From Candidatus Babelota bacterium (GTDB lineage Bacteria > Babelota > Babeliae > Babelales > Babelaceae), in NCBI GenBank assembly GCA_003174035.1, contig PRDV01000017.1, positions 1 to 29,748 of the forward strand: DNA of 29,748 nucleotides. Reading direction: 5' to 3'. The position numbers and the translations under genes were made by a program. Shown one piece after another: positions 1 to 8,493 of the stretch (position 1 is its first letter; every line of letters begins with the position of its first letter). A model generated the notes under the pieces. That model made no database searches. It had not been told where the DNA came from and worked only from the letters and a program-made list of their open reading frames with translations.

Positions 1-1394
1 CCATGAGCTTGCTTAGTAAAATCTATCTCCGGACTATCCTCTAATAGATTAAGAAGCATGGCAAGATCAAACTCCCCCTCATCGTCGGTACAGTATGTTG
101 TAAACTTAGGTTCGAGAAACGACCAATCTTCTGGATCCAGGGCTTCCATAAGCGCTGTTCTTCCAAATATTTCCTCGTTTATATCTTCGTTTATATCACA
201 CTTCCCATATTCGCATAACATTCTCATTATACCCCAACGCTTATAATGAGCGGCAACGCAAAGTGCTCCATACGTATTTATGTCAGGGTGATCCAACAGA
301 ACTCGCACTATAGAGGGCCAACCAAATCGAATTGCCTCCAAAAGAGCTGTCCATATTTGATTTTCAATCCAACAATCCTCATCTACTTTAATATCTTTAT
401 GCTTTAAAAGAGATTGTACGAGCTCTAAATCACCCGACCTAACCGCTAACATGAGTGCTGAATAATTGTGTATTTCATCAGCATTTATCTGAATTCCAGG
501 AACAAGGAGAAGTCTTTTTACACAGTTTCTAAAGTCTATTGGTTTATTGACATGCAGCAAAGAAGCACCATGGCAAGCAATAATTAGTGGATTCCAGCCC
601 CTGTGTGAACTTTTATTAATCAAAATCCCCTTCATTGAAAGCAATTTCTCTACTGATTTTTCACAGCCACAAAAACATGCCCACCAGAGTAATGTTCCTT
701 CTTCATCGCTTGCATTTATATCGATCTCGTGCTGATGATCGACATAAAATTGGGTGCATCTCTGTATCAATTGAACAAGCAAAGAATAATGACGATATTT
801 GTCTGCTTCACGAAACAGCGAAAAGCGCTGGTTTTCATCAATAAAAATCTTATCATCAAACTTTATATAGTTCTCGATAATCTGTACTGCTTTTGTGTAA
901 TCATGTGTCTCATAATGACACCATTTCGCAATACAGTAGTGTTGCAAACCACAGTATTGTTCATCACATTCCGTTAATGAAGCCTCATGTAATTTGGCAA
1001 CGAGCTTTAATATCTCAAATCTATAACGCAAATCAGGAGCAGCTTCTTCAGGCAATCTTGAAATTTTCTTGAAAATTCGCAATGCAATTTCACGAAATTT
1101 TTTACTCGTGGTTAACATACTATAGAGCTTATTATAATCTTCAAAAGAATTACATGCATATAAGGATTTATAAATACCTTCTTCGATAATAACCTCCTGA
1201 AGCTCGGGAAGAAGCTTCTGAAAGCATTGAAAATCTTTTAGACCCACCCGTTTGCCTGGCCCACTTTCTTGCGCTGTTATTTCGCGACCTCGTTTGAGCC
1301 CTTGCTGAGCTTGTTCTTGTTCTTTGCTTTCCGATGCTTGTAACGACATTATTGTCAGCATTGATAATGCTAGAAAGATCACATCCAATTTCAT
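1..1394 (-). CDS. Secreted ankyrin-repeat protein with N-terminal F-box-like segment; runs off the left edge (3' end missing)
   Basis: Absent from the ORF track (no stop in window). Manual translation is open from ATG 1394 (GAAAGG upstream) to position 1. It reads MKLDVIFLALSMLTIMSLQA (signal-like), then FQKLLPELQEVII...MLTTSKKFREIA, then ankyrin-like units: GTLLWWACFCGCEKSVEKLL, GWNPLIIACHG, YSALMLAVRSGDLELVQSLL, WTALLEAIRFGWPSIVRVLL, GALCVAAHYKRWGIMRMLC, GRTALMEAL. Confidence 0.85.
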   Translation of the reverse strand, partial: MKLDVIFLALSMLTIMSLQASESKEQEQAQQGLKRGREITAQESGPGKRVGLKDFQCFQKLLPELQEVIIEEGIYKSLYACNSFEDYNKLYSMLTTSKKFREIALRIFKKISRLPEEAAPDLRYRFEILKLVAKLHEASLTECDEQYCGLQHYCIAKWCHYETHDYTKAVQIIENYIKFDDKIFIDENQRFSLFREADKYRHYSLLVQLIQRCTQFYVDHQHEIDINASDEEGTLLWWACFCGCEKSVEKLLSMKGILINKSSHRGWNPLIIACHGASLLHVNKPIDFRNCVKRLLLVPGIQINADEIHNYSALMLAVRSGDLELVQSLLKHKDIKVDEDCWIENQIWTALLEAIRFGWPSIVRVLLDHPDINTYGALCVAAHYKRWGIMRMLCEYGKCDINEDINEEIFGRTALMEALDPEDWSFLEPKFTTYCTDDEGEFDLAMLLNLLEDSPEIDFTKQAH

Positions 1395-1697
1395 GGTAAA
1401 CAGCCTTTCGGATACGCTGATCGTTAAGAATATCGTGATTTAGCATATTATTTATTTGCTTGTAACAAATTACTATGCGATTTATTTATAATAATGACAA
1501 TTTATTTAATTTTGTCAAACAATTACACAAAAGCGTGAGGCGATATCATTCATAGTACGGAATATTAAGGAGTGGCTCTCTAAAACCATATAAAGAAATC
1601 TCCGGCTCCTCTAACTCTCAGAATCCTCTACCAATTATTGACCGCGCTCGTTTCAAAGTACTAACTTGCTTATAATGACCAAACAAGGAGAGTACCC

Positions 1698-3233
1698 ATG
1701 CATGTTATTTTCACACTCATAGTAGCACTGACCATACCCGCGACCCAAGCGCAGCAAAAAAGGAACAATACCTCCAAAAAGCCCAATATTCTCGTCATCA
1801 TGGGTGACGATATAGGGATTGCCAATATCAGTGCTTATAATAATGGCCTTATGGGGTACAAGACAAGCAATATTGACAGCATAGCAAAGCAAGGTGCGCT
1901 CTTTACTGACTTTTATGCTCAACAAAGCTGCACGGCAGGTCGTGCCGCTTTCATTACTGGGCAATCCCCCATTCGTACCGGTCTTACGAAAGTAGGCTTA
2001 CCGGGGTCAGATCTTGGCATTAGAAAAGAAGATCCAACGATCGCCGAACTGCTTAACCCGTTAGGCTATACCTGCGGACAGTTTGGGAAAAATCATCTTG
2101 GCGACCGCGATAAAATGCTACCTACAGCACACGGATTTGCCGAGTTTTTTGGCAATCTCTATCATTTAAATGCTGAAGAAGAGCCTGAAAATCCGGACTA
2201 TCCTAAAAATCCTGCTTTCAAGAAAAAGTTCGGTCCTCGAGGAGTGATTCATAGCTTTGCTAATGGCAAAATTGAAGATACGGGCCCACTCACTAAAAAA
2301 CGCATGGAGACAATTGATGAGGAGTTTCTGAAGGAAGCTAAGCGTTTCATCAAGGATGCTGCTCAAGCTACTATACCGTTTTTTGTATGGTTTTGTACAA
2401 CGAGAATGCACATTTGGACGCATCTTAAAAATAGTTCCCGAGGAAAAACAAAATACGGTGTTTATGCTGACGGTCTCATCGAGCATGACGGGCATGTCGG
2501 CATATTACTCAAACTACTTAAAGAGCTGGGAATCGAAGACAATACTATTGTCGTTTACACCACGGACAATGGCCCCGAGGTTTTCAGTTGGCCGGATGGC
2601 GGCATGACGCCCTTTCGAGGAGAAAAAGATACCAATTGGGAAGGCGGATTTCGCGTTCCCTGCCTTATCAAGTATCCAGGCGTTATCAAACCGGGCACCG
2701 TATTCAATGACATTGCCTCACTTGAAGACTTTCTACCAACGTTCTTAGCCGCGGCAGGAATAGCAGATATTAAGCAACAATTGCTTAAAGGATTTAAAGT
2801 TGGAACAACAACCTATAAAGTACATCTTGATGGTTACAATCTCCTGCCTTTTTTTAAAGGCCACGAAAAAAAATCACCTCGCAAGGACTTCTTGTATTGG
2901 AACGATGAGGGTGAATTGACCGCTTTACGCTATGATGATTGGAAAATAGTCTTTGCTGAACAGCGAGCACGTGGCCTTGATGTGTGGCAAGAGCCTTTTG
3001 TACCGTTACGCTTACCAAAACTCTTCAACCTGCGCTCGGATCCGTTTGAAAGAGCAGATCGCGATGCCATTGGTTATTCAAAATGGCGTATTGAGCATGC
3101 TTTTGCCCTCGTACCGGCACAAGCCTATGTCAAAAAATGGCTGGAAACATTTAAAGAGTTTCCTCCACGCCAAAAGCCTGCAAGCTTTAGCATACAAAAG
3201 ATCATGGAGAAACTCACAGCTACGAAAGATTAA
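1698..3233 (+). CDS. Arylsulfatase-family (formylglycine-type) sulfatase with signal peptide
   Basis: KPNILVIMGDDIG N-terminal motif, QQSCTAGRAAFITG signature (C-x-A-x-R), GKNHLG, YTTDNG, WEGGFRVP, FNLRSDPFE. AAGGAG RBS upstream. Hydrophobic N-terminus ending ATQA. Confidence 0.92.
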   Translation: MHVIFTLIVALTIPATQAQQKRNNTSKKPNILVIMGDDIGIANISAYNNGLMGYKTSNIDSIAKQGALFTDFYAQQSCTAGRAAFITGQSPIRTGLTKVGLPGSDLGIRKEDPTIAELLNPLGYTCGQFGKNHLGDRDKMLPTAHGFAEFFGNLYHLNAEEEPENPDYPKNPAFKKKFGPRGVIHSFANGKIEDTGPLTKKRMETIDEEFLKEAKRFIKDAAQATIPFFVWFCTTRMHIWTHLKNSSRGKTKYGVYADGLIEHDGHVGILLKLLKELGIEDNTIVVYTTDNGPEVFSWPDGGMTPFRGEKDTNWEGGFRVPCLIKYPGVIKPGTVFNDIASLEDFLPTFLAAAGIADIKQQLLKGFKVGTTTYKVHLDGYNLLPFFKGHEKKSPRKDFLYWNDEGELTALRYDDWKIVFAEQRARGLDVWQEPFVPLRLPKLFNLRSDPFERADRDAIGYSKWRIEHAFALVPAQAYVKKWLETFKEFPPRQKPASFSIQKIMEKLTATKD

Positions 3234-3328
3234 ACGCCATTCCTACATTTTTAGGATGAAAGCTTGTTTTAGACAAGTTGGCATTGGTACATTATAGAAA
3301 GAATTTTATTACAAAGTGATCTTACGCT

Positions 3329-4348
3329 ATGCCGATTAAAGCATTTTATAACAATATTTTTCTAGTTTCTATATTAATAGCTAGCCAAACTATAACCGCC
3401 GCGTCGGATTTTTATTATGGTGATTCTTCTGGCCTTTTCATCACACGATGGGCATTCCAATCTATTTGTGACCATATCTTTGACCCATACACCTCCGAAA
3501 TTGATTTGCCAACGTCATCAACTGGTGTAATTTTTGACGCGGATAAAGTGAAAGCTGGTGATAAAATTTTTGTGAGAAACGTGAAGCTCTTTTTTGAAAA
3601 ACTACACCCTTACATAAAACAACCCTATATTATGATTACTCATGGCGAAGCCGAAGCGACGGTAAAAGACGATTATTACCGTTATTTAGAAAATAACACA
3701 ATTATTGCTTGGTTTTCTATCCATCCACCACAAATTGGACATAAAAAATTTTTCCCGATCCCGCTGGGGATTCCATCATGGGCAACTTTTAAAGAATGGA
3801 CAAACGATGATGCGTATAATGAGCTTAATATTTATCTTAAGACCCTTCGTGAAGAAGTAAAAAAAACAAAACTGATGTATATGAATTTTTCCTTTAATAC
3901 CTCAGAAGACCGCCTTAATTCCAAAAACATTTTTTTAGGGTGGACTTTTAGTTCTTTCGCTCAAAATAAGCCTTTTGAAGAATATATGGAAGAAATGGCT
4001 GCTCACAAATTTGCGCTTTCACCGCGGGGACTTGGACCAGATTGCTATCGTACCTGGGAAGCTTTGTTAGTAGGCGTTATTCCAATAGTAAAAAGAGGCG
4101 AATTCGACACATGGGCAACCCCTAAAAACAAAAAAAGATTAAGGAGGGGATCCGAATTGGACAAATTGTATGAAGACCTGCCTGTGCTTATAATCGATGA
4201 TTGGAGTGAAATTAATGAAGCATTTCTGAATCATAAATATTTAGAGATTACCTCAAGAAGATATTCTATAGAAAAATTGTATACTAAGTATTGGCATAGT
4301 AAGATTCAAAATCTAAGGGATGAATTTTTACAACAAAGAAAATCTTAA
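3329..4348 (+). CDS. Exostosin/GT47-like glycosyltransferase (paralog 1) with signal peptide
   Basis: FALSPRGLGPDCYRTWEALLVGVIPIV...LYEDLPVLIIDDWSEI motif, plus the FITRWAFQSICDHIFDP motif shared with five other ORFs here. Confidence 0.7.
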   Translation: MPIKAFYNNIFLVSILIASQTITAASDFYYGDSSGLFITRWAFQSICDHIFDPYTSEIDLPTSSTGVIFDADKVKAGDKIFVRNVKLFFEKLHPYIKQPYIMITHGEAEATVKDDYYRYLENNTIIAWFSIHPPQIGHKKFFPIPLGIPSWATFKEWTNDDAYNELNIYLKTLREEVKKTKLMYMNFSFNTSEDRLNSKNIFLGWTFSSFAQNKPFEEYMEEMAAHKFALSPRGLGPDCYRTWEALLVGVIPIVKRGEFDTWATPKNKKRLRRGSELDKLYEDLPVLIIDDWSEINEAFLNHKYLEITSRRYSIEKLYTKYWHSKIQNLRDEFLQQRKS

Positions 4349-4372
4349 CAAGCCCTTTTCAAGTATGGCAAA

Positions 4373-4394
4373 GTGGGGGGGTAAGGCCCCCCAC
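4373..4394. terminator. Probable bidirectional intrinsic terminator between convergent genes
   Basis: GTGGGGGG-gtaagg-CCCCCCAC, 8-bp GC-rich stem flanked by A-tracts, between the stops at 4348 (+) and 4403 (-). Confidence 0.65.
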
Positions 4395-4402
4395 AAAAAT
4401 AG

Positions 4403-5062
4403 TTATTTGCCCGTGTCTAAAGGCTCAAAATACCAAAATGATTTCTCTCCTTTAACATTTCGATTTAAAATTTCGGCCGCCCTTCGAACTCCTTTTTCTA
4501 CACTTTCCCAATCCCAATCATCCCCACATATGATTGCATTTGCATTTAACTTCGGATACCAATTTATAATGTCGTTGAATACGGATTCTTCATCATGTGA
4601 TGCATCAATATAAATGAGGTCAGCTTTAATATTGAGAGCTTTCGCCGCTTCTTGTGTTCTCATTCTTATAGGTATAATTTTGTGAGCGATATCATGATGA
4701 ATAACATTTGATAGGAATTGCTGATAAATAGTGGGAATCTTCGATGCAACATCATCATCGATATTAACTCCTTGGCCAACCCAGCTATCTATTGCATATA
4801 CTGTACCTGATTCTTTCAGCTGAGAACCCATGTAGATTGCTGATTCTCCAAACCAGCTACCCAACTCAACAATAACCGTTGGTTGATATTTTACAATAAA
4901 CGCTCTCAAATATTCTTGATTTACCTTCCCAAACCATCCGTGTAAGAACTCTGGCAGTAGCTTAACAGATTTGTAAGGTTCAGATAACTCTTTTGCGTCG
5001 ACATGAAATGCACATTGCAAACCAAGTAGCAACACTACAACATTTCTAATTTTCAATAACAT
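4403..5062 (-). CDS. Class I SAM-dependent methyltransferase (Methyltransf_24-like) with signal peptide
   Basis: IVELGSWFGESA motif I, YAIDSW, LIYIDASHDEESV, IICGDDW. N-terminus MLLKIRNVVVLLLGLQCAFHVDA. Confidence 0.85.
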   Translation of the reverse strand: MLLKIRNVVVLLLGLQCAFHVDAKELSEPYKSVKLLPEFLHGWFGKVNQEYLRAFIVKYQPTVIVELGSWFGESAIYMGSQLKESGTVYAIDSWVGQGVNIDDDVASKIPTIYQQFLSNVIHHDIAHKIIPIRMRTQEAAKALNIKADLIYIDASHDEESVFNDIINWYPKLNANAIICGDDWDWESVEKGVRRAAEILNRNVKGEKSFWYFEPLDTGK

Positions 5063-5140
5063 ATTTTTCCCCCTTCTTTTTTCATCAGATAAATTACTTT
5101 TTTTAAAACATTCGATTAGTGAAAACTCCTCCTTTCAGCA

Positions 5141-6157
5141 TCATGAATTAGCTTTGGATTCGGCTTCCATTTTTACCCACGCCTCGGGCTTGTCCCAACT
5201 GCCCTCCCACCAATGTATTGCTGCAGATTCGGGCCGCCGCGTTGCCTGTTTTAGTTTTTCAAATCGTTCTTCGCTATTTGGCAAGTCAGTATAGAGATTT
5301 CCATATATGAGCGGCGATAAGGCATAGAAAAACGTTGGGGGCAAAACTAAGTCGCAAAATCCCTTATTAGCATGTAATAAAATCATTTTTGAAAAGAGAC
5401 CCGGTCCTCTATTAATGACATTGCCAACAAACCCTTTCGAATCGGATAGAGGTGTTGCTTCTTTCAAACTATCAATGTATCCTTTTAATATTGGATGGGA
5501 TCTAATAGATCCAATTATACCATTACCAATTTGAAATTCGCTAATATCAACAGGCTGTATGCCTGCGTAAAAATCATACTTTTTATGTAACAAATTAAAG
5601 ATCTCAGGCTCTAGACACTCAAAATCGGTATCAAGATAAACTCCTCCATATCTATGCAAAATTTCTGCACGAAAAATATCTGCTCGAATACCAGCGTTTT
5701 GTTCTTTGAAATAAAGCTCCTTATTTTCTAGGCCAAATTCTTCAGCATCTTTATCAGTCCACAATTTATATTCCCAACCCGGCAAAGATTGCCAAGTCTT
5801 CTGCCATTTTTTATATTTTTCAGGAAACGGTTTACCGCCGACCCAAATTTGATGAATAATGGGTGGTATTCTATAATTCTCGGAGATCGAATCCGCAGCT
5901 GGGCTATTCTCTTGATACATTTTTTTACATAAATTAACAAGATCAATTCCAGAGTAAGGACGAATATATTTCCAAAAAGAATCATTTGGCGAGGTCATAC
6001 GCTTTTGCATTTTACGGTAAAATTTATTCATGTAGGGGTCATCTTTACCCATCGATCTGTCAAAATCAACAGCCATCACAGCCCTATTGAAGGCATCAGT
6101 ATTTGCAAAATTCAATATAAGCAAAAAATATACACCAAGATTAAATAATAGCTTCAT
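5141..6157 (-). CDS. GT32-like DXD glycosyltransferase (Gly_transf_sug/OCH1 type) with signal peptide
   Basis: IPPIIHQIWVG, WEYKLWTD, RADIFRAEILHRYGGVYLDTD, AIHWWEGSW. ATG 6157 (AGGAG upstream) is preferred over GTG 6163. Confidence 0.85.
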   Translation of the reverse strand: MKLLFNLGVYFLLILNFANTDAFNRAVMAVDFDRSMGKDDPYMNKFYRKMQKRMTSPNDSFWKYIRPYSGIDLVNLCKKMYQENSPAADSISENYRIPPIIHQIWVGGKPFPEKYKKWQKTWQSLPGWEYKLWTDKDAEEFGLENKELYFKEQNAGIRADIFRAEILHRYGGVYLDTDFECLEPEIFNLLHKKYDFYAGIQPVDISEFQIGNGIIGSIRSHPILKGYIDSLKEATPLSDSKGFVGNVINRGPGLFSKMILLHANKGFCDLVLPPTFFYALSPLIYGNLYTDLPNSEERFEKLKQATRRPESAAIHWWEGSWDKPEAWVKMEAESKANS

Positions 6158-6914
6158 AAGCACTCCTTTCTATCAATGCATCAGTTTTTATGTTTATCCT
6201 TTGGAAACATTCCATTTTTTTTTGAAAGTTCAGAATTCCACGATACGTGTTAAGTGCATCGATAGCTTTTTCGAAATCCATCAAACTTATTTGTGATGTA
6301 TGTTCTCTCAAAGCCGCCAATTTCAATTCCATACAATCTGAAATTTCTAATTTATGAGTTATGATTTGAAGAGGAGTCCAAACCTCATACCCGAGTAGGA
6401 GGGGAACTTCCCATCCGAATTTTCCTTCAGCCGATTTCTGGATGGCACGCAGAACTATCCAATGTGTATTTATATGATCTTTGTGGCCATCTACTGCGTG
6501 CGGTGCATAAACAAGTTCCGGACGATATTTTACTATCAATTGAGTCACCTTTTCTATATTCTCATTTGTGGGCGCCAATTTACCATCGGGCTCTCTTAAA
6601 AAAAGGAGCTCATTAATGCCAATTTTTTGGGTCGCGCGCTTCGCTTCCTCTTCCCGAATGGCTACTAATTCCGCGGGAGTCCCGTCCCAGTATGCCGCAT
6701 CTCCCGACGTCATGTAAACAATAATAACTCTTTTGCCATTTTGCACGTGCTTAATAAGTGCGCCACCACAACCCAGAATATCATCATCCGGATGGGGCGA
6801 AAAAACCATGACAGTTTCAATCACTGCTAATTCATCCGGTTGTAACTGATTTTGGCTCAAAACTTCATGAACACAAAATGGAAGCATGAGCACAATTTTG
6901 AGTATATTTTTCAT
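6141..6914 (-). CDS. PIG-L/LmbE family N-acetyl-sugar deacetylase with signal peptide
   Basis: FSPHPDDDILGCGG, YMTSGD, REEEA, DGHKDH, K-x-x-AL-x-x-H-x-SQ zinc-deacetylase motifs. Confidence 0.9.
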   Translation of the reverse strand: MKNILKIVLMLPFCVHEVLSQNQLQPDELAVIETVMVFSPHPDDDILGCGGALIKHVQNGKRVIIVYMTSGDAAYWDGTPAELVAIREEEAKRATQKIGINELLFLREPDGKLAPTNENIEKVTQLIVKYRPELVYAPHAVDGHKDHINTHWIVLRAIQKSAEGKFGWEVPLLLGYEVWTPLQIITHKLEISDCMELKLAALREHTSQISLMDFEKAIDALNTYRGILNFQKKMECFQRINIKTDALIERSAYEAII

Positions 6915-6952
6915 AATCGGCCTATTTCATCTAAACATCTCTTCAGTCACTG

Positions 6953-8239
6953 CTACCTTGATTCATTCGAAATCACACTATATTTTTTAAATAATGCTTG
7001 GGATCTGGTCATGATATATTCATTTGTTATAATATCCCGATCCCCCAAAATAACTTTTTTGGGCTTAAAAAGATTAAGAAATTTGGGTTTTAGATTTTTC
7101 CATAAGTACTGCTGTACCCATATTTTACCTTCTTTTGCCTTGTCTTTGTAATAGGTATAATTTTTATAAACTTCTCTTAAAGCTTTTTGAACATCTTCAC
7201 ATTTACAATCGAATTGATACCCACAATCTGCTTTACCATAGTGGCCTAAATAATCTGCAGGTAGTTTTATATCTGACGGAACCGGATAAACGTACCCACT
7301 ATCAATAATCGTTTTGTGCGCGGTATTATTTGACAATATACAAGGAATACCAGCTGCCAATGCTTCTCGAGGAGTCATTGAGAAACCTTCACCCTTAGAT
7401 ACAAGTACATAACAATCTAAAGATCGGTAAAAATCCAGACATTCAGCCTCAGAAGAATTGAAATGTACTAACTCAATTGATGTATTATTAAATTGCTCTA
7501 ATTGTTGTCGCATAGCATTGAGATAAGTCTTATGTGCCCACTTCCCATGTAGTTTCAGCTTTACATTCGGTTCATGAGCAAATTCCTTATGAAATGCCTC
7601 TATGAGCAAATGTTGATTTTTCCTTGGGAATAACACTGAATTACAGCCGAAAACAAAATCTCCCGATTCTTTTTTTAGAGACGTCTCTTTTAACAATTCC
7701 TCGATAAAAACACCGTGAGGGAGAGCAAAAATGGGGATACTAACTCCCGAATTTGCATATACTTCTTGATAAAATTCATCGGGGACTACCACAAGATCAA
7801 ATTTTTCATTAAGAATGCTTACCCATTCTTGCGGAATTGCCGTGCTTTCAATCATGGAATAAGCAATTTTGATGTAACTCGTTTCCGGCACATAATCACT
7901 AAAGTTAATCTTGTTCCAGTAGACTGAATAATTTAATATCGCAATGTTTCCCGGCGTCTTATCAGGATTTTCTATGATGCTTTTTAAATCCGGAGAAATG
8001 CCATTTAAAATATAATCACCGGGAACCCTTGAGTGATTAATATGTAATTCGTTTTTTACGATGTCTGCGACACCTAATGATAGTCGACCAAGGCTATCGG
8101 TTACATCAATGGGCCCAACAATGGTCAAATCTATATGCGAAGGGGTAAATTCTCTTGCATTACAATAATTGGATAGCAAAATTAATACGACGCAGAGCAT
8201 CTTTGCAGTCTCAGTATTTAATTGCATTTGAACTTTCAC
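6953..8239 (-). CDS. GT4-like (GT-B) glycosyltransferase, paralog A
   Basis: FPRKNQHLLIEAF, DCYVLVSKGEGFSMTPREALAAGIPCI (EGF-x7-E). N-terminal hydrophobic stretch MLCVVLILLSNYCNA. The exact start (GTG 8239 or a downstream ATG) is uncertain. Confidence 0.82.
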   Translation of the reverse strand: MKVQMQLNTETAKMLCVVLILLSNYCNAREFTPSHIDLTIVGPIDVTDSLGRLSLGVADIVKNELHINHSRVPGDYILNGISPDLKSIIENPDKTPGNIAILNYSVYWNKINFSDYVPETSYIKIAYSMIESTAIPQEWVSILNEKFDLVVVPDEFYQEVYANSGVSIPIFALPHGVFIEELLKETSLKKESGDFVFGCNSVLFPRKNQHLLIEAFHKEFAHEPNVKLKLHGKWAHKTYLNAMRQQLEQFNNTSIELVHFNSSEAECLDFYRSLDCYVLVSKGEGFSMTPREALAAGIPCILSNNTAHKTIIDSGYVYPVPSDIKLPADYLGHYGKADCGYQFDCKCEDVQKALREVYKNYTYYKDKAKEGKIWVQQYLWKNLKPKFLNLFKPKKVILGDRDIITNEYIMTRSQALFKKYSVISNESR

Positions 8240-8493
8240 GTTGCCGCCTCGCCTCTCTGAGCCAAATCCTATCTTCTTTATTTCAAATTATCAAAAAGGA
8301 ATATTGAAAACAAGAATTTTTATAATTTAAACATACGACTTGTGGGAAGAAAAAGAGGTGTGTGCTTTTCTCTTGATTGCGCATAATAGGATTTGATATT
8401 GTAATGAAAGAATTGATAAAATTGAGGGTCCAAAATTCGTAGACCATTTAATATTAACCTCTGTAATAACGAAAAAATATTGTAGGTTTAAAA

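Noticed and set aside
58-1964. Short ORF-track entries at 58, 547, 635, 729 (+), 1168 (-) and 1653 (-)
   Set aside because: They are shadows of the long ankyrin frame or the sulfatase. They show no motifs and no convincing RBS.
4100-4158. GT47-1 loop insertion as another palindromic element
   Set aside because: The symmetry is limited to 5-6 bp patches with bulges, too weak to separate from chance.
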